This document shows, piece by piece, positions 47,505 through 55,422 of a stretch of DNA of 64,000 bases. The notes below the pieces were generated by a model, which was not told where the DNA came from, ran no database searches, and was given only the letters and a program-made list of their open reading frames with translations. Source of the DNA: Candidatus Komeilibacteria bacterium. GTDB taxonomy: Bacteria > Patescibacteriota > Patescibacteriia > UBA1558 > 2-01-FULL-52-15. How positions within the stretch are numbered: position 1 is the first letter of the stretch; each line of letters opens with the position of its first letter. The stretch is taken from NCBI GenBank assembly GCA_043801745.1, contig JAZDLR010000013.1, positions 9,608 through 73,607 on the forward strand, written 5' to 3'. Made by a program: the position numbers and the translations under genes.

Positions 47505-49403
47505 ATGGCAAAAATATTAGGCATTGACCTTGGCACCACTAACTCCGCGATGGCTATCATGGAGGGTGGACAGCCGAAGATCTTAGAAAACAGCGAAGGT
47601 AACCGCACTACGCCTTCCATGGTGGCTGTTTCCAAATCAGGCGAACGTCTGGTCGGAGTTACGGCCAAACGTCAGGCTGTGACTAACCCGGGTAATACGG
47701 TCTTTTCGGTTAAACGGTTGATTGGCCGCCGTTTTGATGACGCTGAAGTTCAGCGTGATCTGAAAACCATGACGTACAAGATTGCTAAAAGTGGTGAGGG
47801 CGTAAAGGTCACTCTGGGCGATAAAGATTATACGCCGCAGGAAATTTCCGCTATGATTCTGCAGAAACTGAAAGCAGACGCCGAGGCCCGTCTGGGTGAA
47901 ACCATTACCGAAGCTGTTATTACTGTACCGGCTTATTTTGACGATTCGCAGCGTCAGGCTACTAAAGATGCCGGTAAGATTGCCGGTTTGGAAGTTAAAC
48001 GTATTATTAATGAGCCAACGGCGGCTGCCCTGGCTTACGGCTTTGACAAGAAGAAGGATCAGAAAATCGCTGTCTATGATCTGGGCGGCGGAACCTTTGA
48101 TATCTCTATTCTGGAAATCGGACATGACACGGTGGAGGTGAAGTCAACCAATGGTGATACTCATTTGGGTGGCGATGACTTTGATCAGCGTATAATTAAA
48201 TGGATTCTGGAAGAGTTTAAGAAACAATCCGGAGTTGATCTGGCTAATGACCGTTTGGCTTTGCAGCGTCTAAAAGAAGCGGCTGAACGCGCCAAGATTG
48301 AATTATCTTCATCTGCTGAAACCGAAATTAATCAGCCGTTTATTACTACGACAGATGCCGGACCGCAGCATTTGGTCATGAAGATGACCCGCACTAAATT
48401 AGAGGAGATTGTTGGTGATTTAGTGGCAGCTACTTTGGAACCTTGCCGTAAAGCTTTGTCCGATGCTTCCTTACAAGCGACGCAGCTGGATGAGGTTATT
48501 CTGGTCGGCGGTATGACCCGTATGCCTCTAGTTATCCAAGAGGTTGAAAAATTTTTTGGTAGGAAGGCAAACATCAGCGTCAATCCCGATGAAGTGGTTG
48601 CCTTGGGTGCCGCAGTGCAAGCCGGTGTTCTCCAGGGTGATGTCAAGGATGTTTTGTTACTGGACGTTACGCCTCTGACTTTGGGCATTGAAACTTTGGG
48701 TGGAGTGCGCACGCCAATTATTGAACGTAATACTACTATTCCTCATTCCAAGTCACAGGTGTTTTCTACGGCGGCGGATAATCAGGATTCAGTAGAAATT
48801 CATGTTTTGCAGGGCGAACGCGAAATGGCAGGAGATAATAAGACTTTGGGCCGTTTCATTCTGTCCGGCATTCCGCCAGCTCCGCGGGGTGTGCCGCAAG
48901 TTGAGGTGACTTTTGATCTGGACGTTAATGGTATTCTCAATGTCAAAGCCAAGGATAAGGCCACCGGTAAAGAACAGGCCATAACTATTACTTCCTCTTC
49001 TGGTCTGAATAAGGATGAAGTAGAGAAGATGCGTAAGGACGCCGAATTACATGCTGACGAAGATAAGAAGAAGCGTGAAGCAGCCGACTTGAAGATCAAT
49101 ACCGAATCGGTCATAGCTACCGGTGAGCGTCTATTGCGTGAAAGCGGCGATAAGATAACGGCCGAGGATAAGAAGACCCTAGAAGATAAATTAGCCGCCT
49201 TACGCGGTTTGAAGGAAAGTACTGATCAGGCAGCTGTCAAGAAAGCTCTGGAAGAAGTTAATCAGATAGCCCAAAAGATTGGCGCGGCTATGTATCAGCA
49301 ACAGCAATCTACTCCGGGATCAGCCGGCCAGGAACAAGCCCAGCAATCCGCCCCTGGCACAGGCCCGGTTGAAGGTGAAGTCGTGGAAGAGAAAAAAGAA
49401 TAA
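47505..49403 (+). CDS. dnaK: molecular chaperone DnaK
   Basis: [18 protein letters not shown] and full Hsp70 architecture. 632 aa. Confidence 0.95.
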   Translation: MAKILGIDLGTTNSAMAIMEGGQPKILENSEGNRTTPSMVAVSKSGERLVGVTAKRQAVTNPGNTVFSVKRLIGRRFDDAEVQRDLKTMTYKIAKSGEGVKVTLGDKDYTPQEISAMILQKLKADAEARLGETITEAVITVPAYFDDSQRQATKDAGKIAGLEVKRIINEPTAAALAYGFDKKKDQKIAVYDLGGGTFDISILEIGHDTVEVKSTNGDTHLGGDDFDQRIIKWILEEFKKQSGVDLANDRLALQRLKEAAERAKIELSSSAETEINQPFITTTDAGPQHLVMKMTRTKLEEIVGDLVAATLEPCRKALSDASLQATQLDEVILVGGMTRMPLVIQEVEKFFGRKANISVNPDEVVALGAAVQAGVLQGDVKDVLLLDVTPLTLGIETLGGVRTPIIERNTTIPHSKSQVFSTAADNQDSVEIHVLQGEREMAGDNKTLGRFILSGIPPAPRGVPQVEVTFDLDVNGILNVKAKDKATGKEQAITITSSSGLNKDEVEKMRKDAELHADEDKKKREAADLKINTESVIATGERLLRESGDKITAEDKKTLEDKLAALRGLKESTDQAAVKKALEEVNQIAQKIGAAMYQQQQSTPGSAGQEQAQQSAPGTGPVEGEVVEEKKE

Positions 49404-49410
49404 GGTATAA

Positions 49411-50508
49411 ATGGCCGCCGATTACTATAAAGTATTAGGTGTAGAACGGAACGCCTCGCAAGATGATATCAAGCGGGCGTTTCGGCGTTTGGCTCATGAG
49501 CATCATCCGGATAAGCAGGGCGGTAATGCCGATAAATTTAAAGAAATAAATACTGCTTATCAGGTTTTGGGTAATGCCGAGAAGCGGCAGCAGTATGATC
49601 AGTTCGGCGCCGGTTTCGATCAGCCCGGTGGAGGAGCCGGAGGTTTCAACTGGGGTGGCGCCGGCGCTCAAGGTTATAGCCAGCAATTTGATTTCGGCGA
49701 CATCGGCGATATTTTCGGTGATATGTTTGGTTTTGGTAGTAATAGAAGCAACCGCCGCTCTGGCGCTCAGGATATTCAGATGGAAATTGCTATTGGTTTC
49801 CGTGAGGCTTATCAGGGTTTGGAGCAGGAGGTTAATCTTTATAAAAATGTTTCTTGTCATTCCTGCGGCGGTACCGGAGCGGAGGCCGGTAGTAAAGTGG
49901 AGCAGTGCTCGGTTTGTAAGGGTAATGGCCGGGTACGTAAAGTACAGAATACTATGTTGGGAGCGATTCAAGTGGAAACTATTTGTACTAATTGTCAGGG
50001 AACCGGCGAGCACATAACTAAACCGTGTAAGAAGTGTGGTGGTGTTGGTTTGATGAAAGAGCAGGAAAGTTTCAGGCTCAAGATACCGGCCGGCATCCGC
50101 GATGGTCAGACTTTGCGTTTTGCCGGCAAAGGCGAGCGCTTAACTAAAGAAGGAGGAGCGGGTGATCTTTATGTTGTGATCAGGGTGTCTAAGGATACGA
50201 CTTTTGATCGAGACGAGGACAATCTCTTAGTCAAGGTCAATGTACCGTTTACTACTTTGGCTTTGGGAGGTGAGGTCGCAGTGCCGACTATTGAGGGATC
50301 AGTCAGACTCAAGGTTCCGGCTGGAACTGCCAGCGGCAAAGTATTTAGTCTAAAGAATAAAGGTTTTACCAAATTAAGCGGCCGTGGCAGCGGTGATTTA
50401 CTAATAACTGTTAATGTTGTGGTTCCGGATAAGCTAACAAAGAAGCAGAAAGAGCTGCTGGAAGAGCTGGATAAGCAGTTTGGGGCGGAAAGAAAGAAGA
50501 GTTGGTAA
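49411..50508 (+). CDS. dnaJ: molecular chaperone DnaJ
   Basis: J domain with HPD, G/F-rich region, four CxxCxGxG zinc-finger repeats. Confidence 0.9.
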   Translation: MAADYYKVLGVERNASQDDIKRAFRRLAHEHHPDKQGGNADKFKEINTAYQVLGNAEKRQQYDQFGAGFDQPGGGAGGFNWGGAGAQGYSQQFDFGDIGDIFGDMFGFGSNRSNRRSGAQDIQMEIAIGFREAYQGLEQEVNLYKNVSCHSCGGTGAEAGSKVEQCSVCKGNGRVRKVQNTMLGAIQVETICTNCQGTGEHITKPCKKCGGVGLMKEQESFRLKIPAGIRDGQTLRFAGKGERLTKEGGAGDLYVVIRVSKDTTFDRDEDNLLVKVNVPFTTLALGGEVAVPTIEGSVRLKVPAGTASGKVFSLKNKGFTKLSGRGSGDLLITVNVVVPDKLTKKQKELLEELDKQFGAERKKSW

Positions 50509-50539
50509 AAGATTAAAACTTATTATTAACCCCCTCTAG

Positions 50540-50560
50540 CTCCCCCTTGGAAAGGGGGAG
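50540..50560. repeat. GC-rich palindrome CTCCCCCTT-gga-AAGGGGGAG (family A variant)
   Basis: 9-bp inverted repeat shortly after the dnaJ stop. Confidence 0.45.
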
Positions 50561-50585
50561 ATTCAAGGATGCAGAATTGTTAAGA

Positions 50586-50622
50586 TTGGCTAAAATAGGC
50601 CATTTTCTTTAATTTTAGCCAA
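50586..50622. promoter_or_regulatory. 11-bp inverted repeat TTGGCTAAAAT-N15-ATTTTAGCCAA upstream of the island 4 promoter
   Basis: Perfect AT-rich inverted repeat ending 9 nt before the -35. Operator-like. Confidence 0.4.
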
Positions 50623-50630
50623 TATAGCTA

Positions 50631-50659
50631 TTGACAAAATATCTGATATTAGATATAAT
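50631..50659 (+). promoter_or_regulatory. consensus sigma70 promoter for the island 4 gene
   Basis: TTGACA, 17-nt spacer, TATAAT, perfect consensus. Confidence 0.55.
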
Positions 50660-50686
50660 ACGATAATACCCAAAGTGGGTAATCGT
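50660..50686 (+). promoter_or_regulatory. palindrome ACGATAATACCCA-aag-TGGGTAATCGT at about +1..+27 of the island 4 transcript
   Basis: Imperfect 11/12-bp inverted repeat directly after the -10. An operator or 5'-UTR hairpin. Confidence 0.35.
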
Positions 50687-50755
50687 ACGTTAACATTGTC
50701 GGAATTGTCCGATTTTCTGGTTACTTAGCGTGGCTGCGGCCACAGGAGGTGGTAC

Positions 50756-52393
50756 ATGTTCGGATTCATGCTGTTCCTGATCGTTGTGGTTCTGGGCGCC
50801 GTTGTTTATGAGAATATGCGGCAGCCCAATCCTGAGACGCGGGTCTTCCCAGATTCGCGCGAACCCATCACTCAGGCAGTGACCTGGAGTCACTGCCACA
50901 CGGTCCTGGAGACCAGCCTTTACTGGCTGCTGGTGGCCATGATTTGGCCCCTGGTTGCGGGCACCATCTTCGGATGGGTCTCGCTGACCTGGTATAGCAG
51001 CTATGTCGTCCAGCACATCGCAGACGGCGGCATCTGGAACATGTTCAGTTTCGCAGTCACCAGTAACATCTTGGTGCGCTGCATCCTGATCTACTGCATC
51101 GGCTCCATAGCTCTTACGGGCTATCTGGTTGTGAACTGGCCACACGGTGTGGCCCGCTTCCTGGTAGGACGCAAGTGGCGGGTCATGAACTCCGGCTTGC
51201 ACTTTGTGCTGGGCGGCATCGTGATTGGCTACCGTACAGTAGTCGTGGATGAGGCCAAGAAGATCACCCGCCGTGAAAGGCGCTACCTTTTCGGCCGCAT
51301 TGGCCGGAATGTGTTAGTGCTGCGCGATGAACTCCGGGCTAGCGTGGTGCTGACCGAGGGCGGTCAGACAAGCGAGCAGGCGATTAAGACCCTCACTACC
51401 GAACCGTTGCCGACATCGATGTCTGTTAACGGCAACGCTGCTGCCGCAGCTGCCAGCGGTTCCGGTGGTACTACGCTGAAGTTCCCCCACAACTTCTATT
51501 TCGTGAAGTGGTGGCTGTTCACCTACCTTGGAACTTCGCCGGCTACGCTGAGCAAGCATCTGGTGACATCTGTTGATGACCTGTTCCAGGCTGATTGGCG
51601 GCGTTTCGTCGCCATCCTGGACTATGACCAGGCAAGGTTTGTGCAGGGTAACGTTTTCTGCTTCGCTGACCAGAACGATCTGGGCAGGAAGATGGAAGAG
51701 TTCAGAGTTCAGCATATCGGCCCCGTTGAGGCTTGGGCTGCCTATCAGCGGTACCTGGCTAACAGGGACGAGGTTACCGAAGGACCACGGTTTGATATCG
51801 CGGCTTTCGATAACCTCAAGGCCACGCGTAACTACGTGGCCATGGCAAGGATGATCCGCGAGCAGGCTCCGAATTCCTTGGCCTGCCGGGTGCTCAATCA
51901 GTTCGGCGTCATTCTCACCTTCTTCGGTATCGAGAACGGCATTGAAGAGGCGGGAATCGCTGCCGAACGCGAGCAGCTGAAGCAGAACCAGGTCAAGCAG
52001 CAGGCAGATTTCCTGGCCGGCGGTGCGGAAATGCGCCGGGCCATGGGAACTGTGCTGCAGCAGCACGGAATCTCGCTGGCTGTGTGGGAATCGCTGCCGG
52101 TAGGTGATCCGCTGAGGGCCCGTCTCCATAGTGAGATGATGGAAACCTGGCGTTTTACCCAGACCATGGCGACTATCGGGGACAAGGACAAGATCATCCT
52201 TGGTGGCAGCGGACAGTCCGGACTTTCCACAACCATCGCGGCCATGGCCGCAGTTCTGCCCCAGGCAAGTGGTGGAGCAGCGGCTGCGACAACGACATCC
52301 ACGTCCACGCCTCCTGTGACACCTGCTCCGCCGACCAGATCTACTGGCCGCGGCAACAGGCCTCGTCGCAGAGGCAACAGAAGCCGACCGTAA
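50756..52393 (+). CDS. membrane protein of unknown function (GC-rich island 4)
   Basis: 545 aa at ~60% GC. AGGAGG 6 nt upstream in a CCACAGGAGG context. About 5 N-terminal TM helices, then a large soluble domain with Ala/Thr/Pro-rich basic C-terminus. Confidence 0.6.
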   Translation: MFGFMLFLIVVVLGAVVYENMRQPNPETRVFPDSREPITQAVTWSHCHTVLETSLYWLLVAMIWPLVAGTIFGWVSLTWYSSYVVQHIADGGIWNMFSFAVTSNILVRCILIYCIGSIALTGYLVVNWPHGVARFLVGRKWRVMNSGLHFVLGGIVIGYRTVVVDEAKKITRRERRYLFGRIGRNVLVLRDELRASVVLTEGGQTSEQAIKTLTTEPLPTSMSVNGNAAAAAASGSGGTTLKFPHNFYFVKWWLFTYLGTSPATLSKHLVTSVDDLFQADWRRFVAILDYDQARFVQGNVFCFADQNDLGRKMEEFRVQHIGPVEAWAAYQRYLANRDEVTEGPRFDIAAFDNLKATRNYVAMARMIREQAPNSLACRVLNQFGVILTFFGIENGIEEAGIAAEREQLKQNQVKQQADFLAGGAEMRRAMGTVLQQHGISLAVWESLPVGDPLRARLHSEMMETWRFTQTMATIGDKDKIILGGSGQSGLSTTIAAMAAVLPQASGGAAAATTTSTSTPPVTPAPPTRSTGRGNRPRRRGNRSRP

Positions 52394-52413
52394 CAACGGT
52401 CGCAACAACAGCT

Positions 52414-52449
52414 CCCCCGTGTGCTTTTACAGGCACGGGGGAGTTTTTT
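52414..52449 (+). terminator. intrinsic terminator of the island 4 gene
   Basis: CCCCCGTG-tgcttttacagg-CACGGGGG followed by AGTTTTTT. Confidence 0.6.
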
Positions 52450-52452
52450 AAA

Positions 52453-52885
52453 CAGATAAGCCACCCCGCCTTGGCGGGGTGTGTTCGTTTTAAAGCGTAG
52501 CTCTTGAAGTACACATAGAAGGCGAAGAAACGGAAGGACAAGCTCTGCTCTTAGCAACTCAAATCATCCGATCTTTCTAGTTGTCCGCATACTAAGGATT
52601 GGCTTTGTTATACCCCTCGCCCCCTCGGCTTCGCTCGGGGCAGGCTTGAGGCCCTACTTTTGTAACCAAAAGTAGGGAAAAGTTTCGGGGGCGCGTAAGT
52701 CGCGTGGGTCTTTTCAGCTTAATCTTGCTTGTCGTGGCTATCAGTACGCGACCCCAAACCCCCTAAAAGATAAAATTAGCAGGTGTTGATTAAACAGTAG
52801 CGTTCTTACCTTTATCATATCAACTTAGGCCGCTACCGTAGGCAGCTAGAACAGAAACCTTCAGCGTTTAAGCTGAAGGTATGTT
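52453..52885 (+). ncRNA. copy 2 of the ~400-nt structured intergenic element
   Basis: Same 5' 45 nt (CAGATAAgCCACCCCGCCTTGGCGGGGTGTGTtCGTTTTAA). H3 is CCTACTTTTG/CAAAAGTAGG, the long-range helix is GGGGGCGCG/CGCGACCCC, and H5 is CCTTCAGC/GCTGAAGG. All are compensatory relative to copy 1. Confidence 0.4.
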
Positions 52886-53863
52886 TATCTCTGCTAGAAT
52901 TTTTCTAACCTCTTCTGGCGAGTTAACCCGCACCAGACGTTGGCGCAATTGGGAAGCGTTAGTTTGCCCTTTAATATAATGCGCTAAGTGATGCCGTATG
53001 GGCTGGAAATACTTCGGTCCATAAAGCTCATAAAACCAGTCAGCGTGCTGCTGCATGGTTTGCTTTATTTCCTCCCAACTGACTGGTTTATAGCTGCCGG
53101 TAGTCAAATAGTCTTTAACCTGCCGGAAGACCCAGGGCTGGCCTATGACACTGCGCGCCAATCCTAAACCGTCAGCTTTAGTAGCTGCTAATACTTCTCT
53201 GGCACTCTCAATAGTTGTTACACCGCCGTTAGCCAATATTGGTCCGGAAAAAAAAGTTTTGGCCTGCTTAATAATAGCTGTATCAATCGGCCCAGTGAAT
53301 GATCCTTCGAAACTGCGGCCATGAATCATTACAGCCGCCAAAGGCAAGTCTTGGTTGGCGTTAATAAAATCCAGAACAGAAACTTTATCCCGTGGCCGGC
53401 CGGCCGGTAAATCGGCAGTTTGATAAATTGCCGTCCGAACCTTAACCGAGACAGGAACCGTTACAGCCGACAGGGCGGCTTCAATTATTTGGCGCGACAA
53501 AACTAAATCCCGCATTAGCATCACGCCACAGAAATTGCGGGCAATCTTATTAGCCGGACAACCAAAATTTAGATCCAAGCCTGCAGCTCCGCTAGCCTCA
53601 ACAATCTTGGCCGCTTCAGCTATGACTTTAGGATTATTACCCATAATTTGTATGACCACTGGTTGTTCGGCGGCCACAAATTCCATCATCTTGAAGGCTT
53701 TGGGAACGTGGCGCACTAGAGCTTCAGCTGCAATCATTTCCGAATACACTACATCAGCGCCCCAGTGCTTGGCTAAACGGCGGTAAGCTGAATCAGTGAT
53801 CCCGACCATCGGAGCCAGAGCCAGGATAGGGCGGGGTAAAGTATTCCAGAAGTCAGATGACAT
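52868..53863 (-). CDS. dus: tRNA-dihydrouridine synthase
   Basis: LAPMVGITDSAYR motif and the Dus TIM-barrel pattern. Its stop codon lies inside hairpin H5 of element copy 2. Confidence 0.8.
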   Translation of the reverse strand: MSSDFWNTLPRPILALAPMVGITDSAYRRLAKHWGADVVYSEMIAAEALVRHVPKAFKMMEFVAAEQPVVIQIMGNNPKVIAEAAKIVEASGAAGLDLNFGCPANKIARNFCGVMLMRDLVLSRQIIEAALSAVTVPVSVKVRTAIYQTADLPAGRPRDKVSVLDFINANQDLPLAAVMIHGRSFEGSFTGPIDTAIIKQAKTFFSGPILANGGVTTIESAREVLAATKADGLGLARSVIGQPWVFRQVKDYLTTGSYKPVSWEEIKQTMQQHADWFYELYGPKYFQPIRHHLAHYIKGQTNASQLRQRLVRVNSPEEVRKILAEINIPSA

Positions 53864-53976
53864 AGTCTGCTACTTTAATATTTTAGACTAAAATAATCAA
53901 GCCGCGCTTGATTTAAGTGAATTAACTGAAGCTAAAGCCTAATTCCTTCGGCCAATGGCCGATTGCTGACACCTGA

Positions 53977-54903
53977 TCAGAGCCAACGTTTCTTGCGGAA
54001 AAATATGAGCAACGTCAGGATCAGACCAAGAATGATAGTTAAGATTATCCAGAAACCGTATTTATCTTGGACTATGGGAGTATGGGTGGCGTTCATGCCA
54101 AAAATGCTGGCTACCAGATTGGCCGGAATAAGTATGACGGAAATAATAGTCAGGATCTTCATGATCTCATTGAGCTGAAAAGAAATCATGGCATTGTTAG
54201 TTTCATCAAAAGCGCTGATGGTTTCCTTGTGCGTTTCCAAAATGTCCCAGATATCCTGACTGCGTTCCAGGGCATTTTTCAGGTAGATACGCATAGCTTC
54301 AGGATTGAAATAGTCATTCTGCACCCGCATTAATTTCCCGATGATTGATTTATGGGAATGCATGATACGGCGGAAGGCGACTATATTGCGCTTGATGATC
54401 AGAATTTCATGCACCATGCGCCGTTCCTGACCAGCAAACATTTGTTGTTCAATGTTTTCAATATCCAGAGTAATATGATCCAGCATGGGGAAAGTGTAGT
54501 TTTGCAGGCGGTGGATGATCTCGTGCAGTAAAGCTACGGTATTGTCAGCCAAATACATCTGACGGATAACTTCATTGTTAGAACATTGATGGAAAAAAGT
54601 ATCCAACTCCTTCATATTGCCGTCACTGACTGTAATCAAGTAGTCATCACCGATAAATAGGTCAATTTCTGAAGCTTTGATTTCCCGTTCGGGTCGGTCA
54701 TAGAAAGGAAAAAGCAGCACCATGAATAAATATTTGGGATATTCATCCAATTTGGGACGGAGCGAAACATTTTTAACATCGGCCATATCCAGAGGATGAA
54801 AGCCGTATTTGGTCTGTAAATATTCTAGGTCGCTGTCTGACGGTTTAGTGCAGTGAATCCAGGTTATATTTTGATAGTGTATTTGTTTTAGTTTGGTGAT
54901 CAT
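53977..54903 (-). CDS. corA: CorA-family Mg2+/Co2+ transporter
   Basis: C-terminal two-TM region with a GMN motif (IFGMNATH). Confidence 0.75.
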   Translation of the reverse strand: MITKLKQIHYQNITWIHCTKPSDSDLEYLQTKYGFHPLDMADVKNVSLRPKLDEYPKYLFMVLLFPFYDRPEREIKASEIDLFIGDDYLITVSDGNMKELDTFFHQCSNNEVIRQMYLADNTVALLHEIIHRLQNYTFPMLDHITLDIENIEQQMFAGQERRMVHEILIIKRNIVAFRRIMHSHKSIIGKLMRVQNDYFNPEAMRIYLKNALERSQDIWDILETHKETISAFDETNNAMISFQLNEIMKILTIISVILIPANLVASIFGMNATHTPIVQDKYGFWIILTIILGLILTLLIFFRKKRWL

Positions 54904-54981
54904 TGCTATTATTATACAATTTTTTTTGCCCAGAGTAAATCGGACAGTCAGGAAAATATATTTATGGTATAATATAACAGT

Positions 54982-55413
54982 ATGCCTGAAACTAATTTTG
55001 AAGTAATTCCTTCAGTAGAAAGCGGTCCTTCTGCGGAAAGTCAGCCGGAACAAGCAGCGGCTAGTCGGCAACAAGAACAGGCGCGGTCGGAGGCTCAAGC
55101 CAAAGCTGTGCCTTTAGCTGTTCCGGCAGGTAATTTGCCGCGCAAAGATCCTCAATTAATGACTATTGAAGGGGTTTTGGCCGAAGGGTTAGATGCGGCT
55201 TATATGTCCATGACCGAAGCGAAACGTCAGGAATTCCGGCTCAAAGGCGAGGTGACGGCGCAAAGTATCCGGGATCTCTTGGTTCGGGGTAAGGCTACGG
55301 TGAGCAAGATCCGGGCTTTGATTATGAAATGGCTGCAGTTGATTCCTGGTGTTAACCGCTTTTTTTTGGAACAGGAAGCAAAAATCAAAGCTGATAAAAT
55401 TTTTCGTTCTTGA
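54982..55413 (+). CDS. hypothetical protein
   Basis: 143-aa ORF. Gln/Ala-rich N-terminus. Confidence 0.4.
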   Translation: MPETNFEVIPSVESGPSAESQPEQAAASRQQEQARSEAQAKAVPLAVPAGNLPRKDPQLMTIEGVLAEGLDAAYMSMTEAKRQEFRLKGEVTAQSIRDLLVRGKATVSKIRALIMKWLQLIPGVNRFFLEQEAKIKADKIFRS

Positions 55414-55422
55414 ACTGGACTT

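Noticed and set aside
47637-50017. Antisense ORFs within dnaK/dnaJ (47637..48125-, 48332..48712-, 48800..49114-, 49435..50013-, 49574..50017+)
   Set aside because: Embedded in highly conserved chaperone genes. No signals.
50690-52557. Long antisense and alternative-frame ORFs (50690..51202-, 51314..52408-, 51898..52557-, 51573..51854+)
   Set aside because: They are typical spurious ORFs inside a high-GC gene. The sense ORF 50756..52393 has the promoter, SD sequence and terminator.
31353-52885. The two ~400-nt direct repeats as ends of a 21-kb composite mobile element
   Set aside because: The interval contains core housekeeping operons (pilus, hrcA-grpE-dnaK-dnaJ). The copies are only ~65% identical, with compensatory changes. 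This fits old, functionally constrained RNA genes, not transposon ends.
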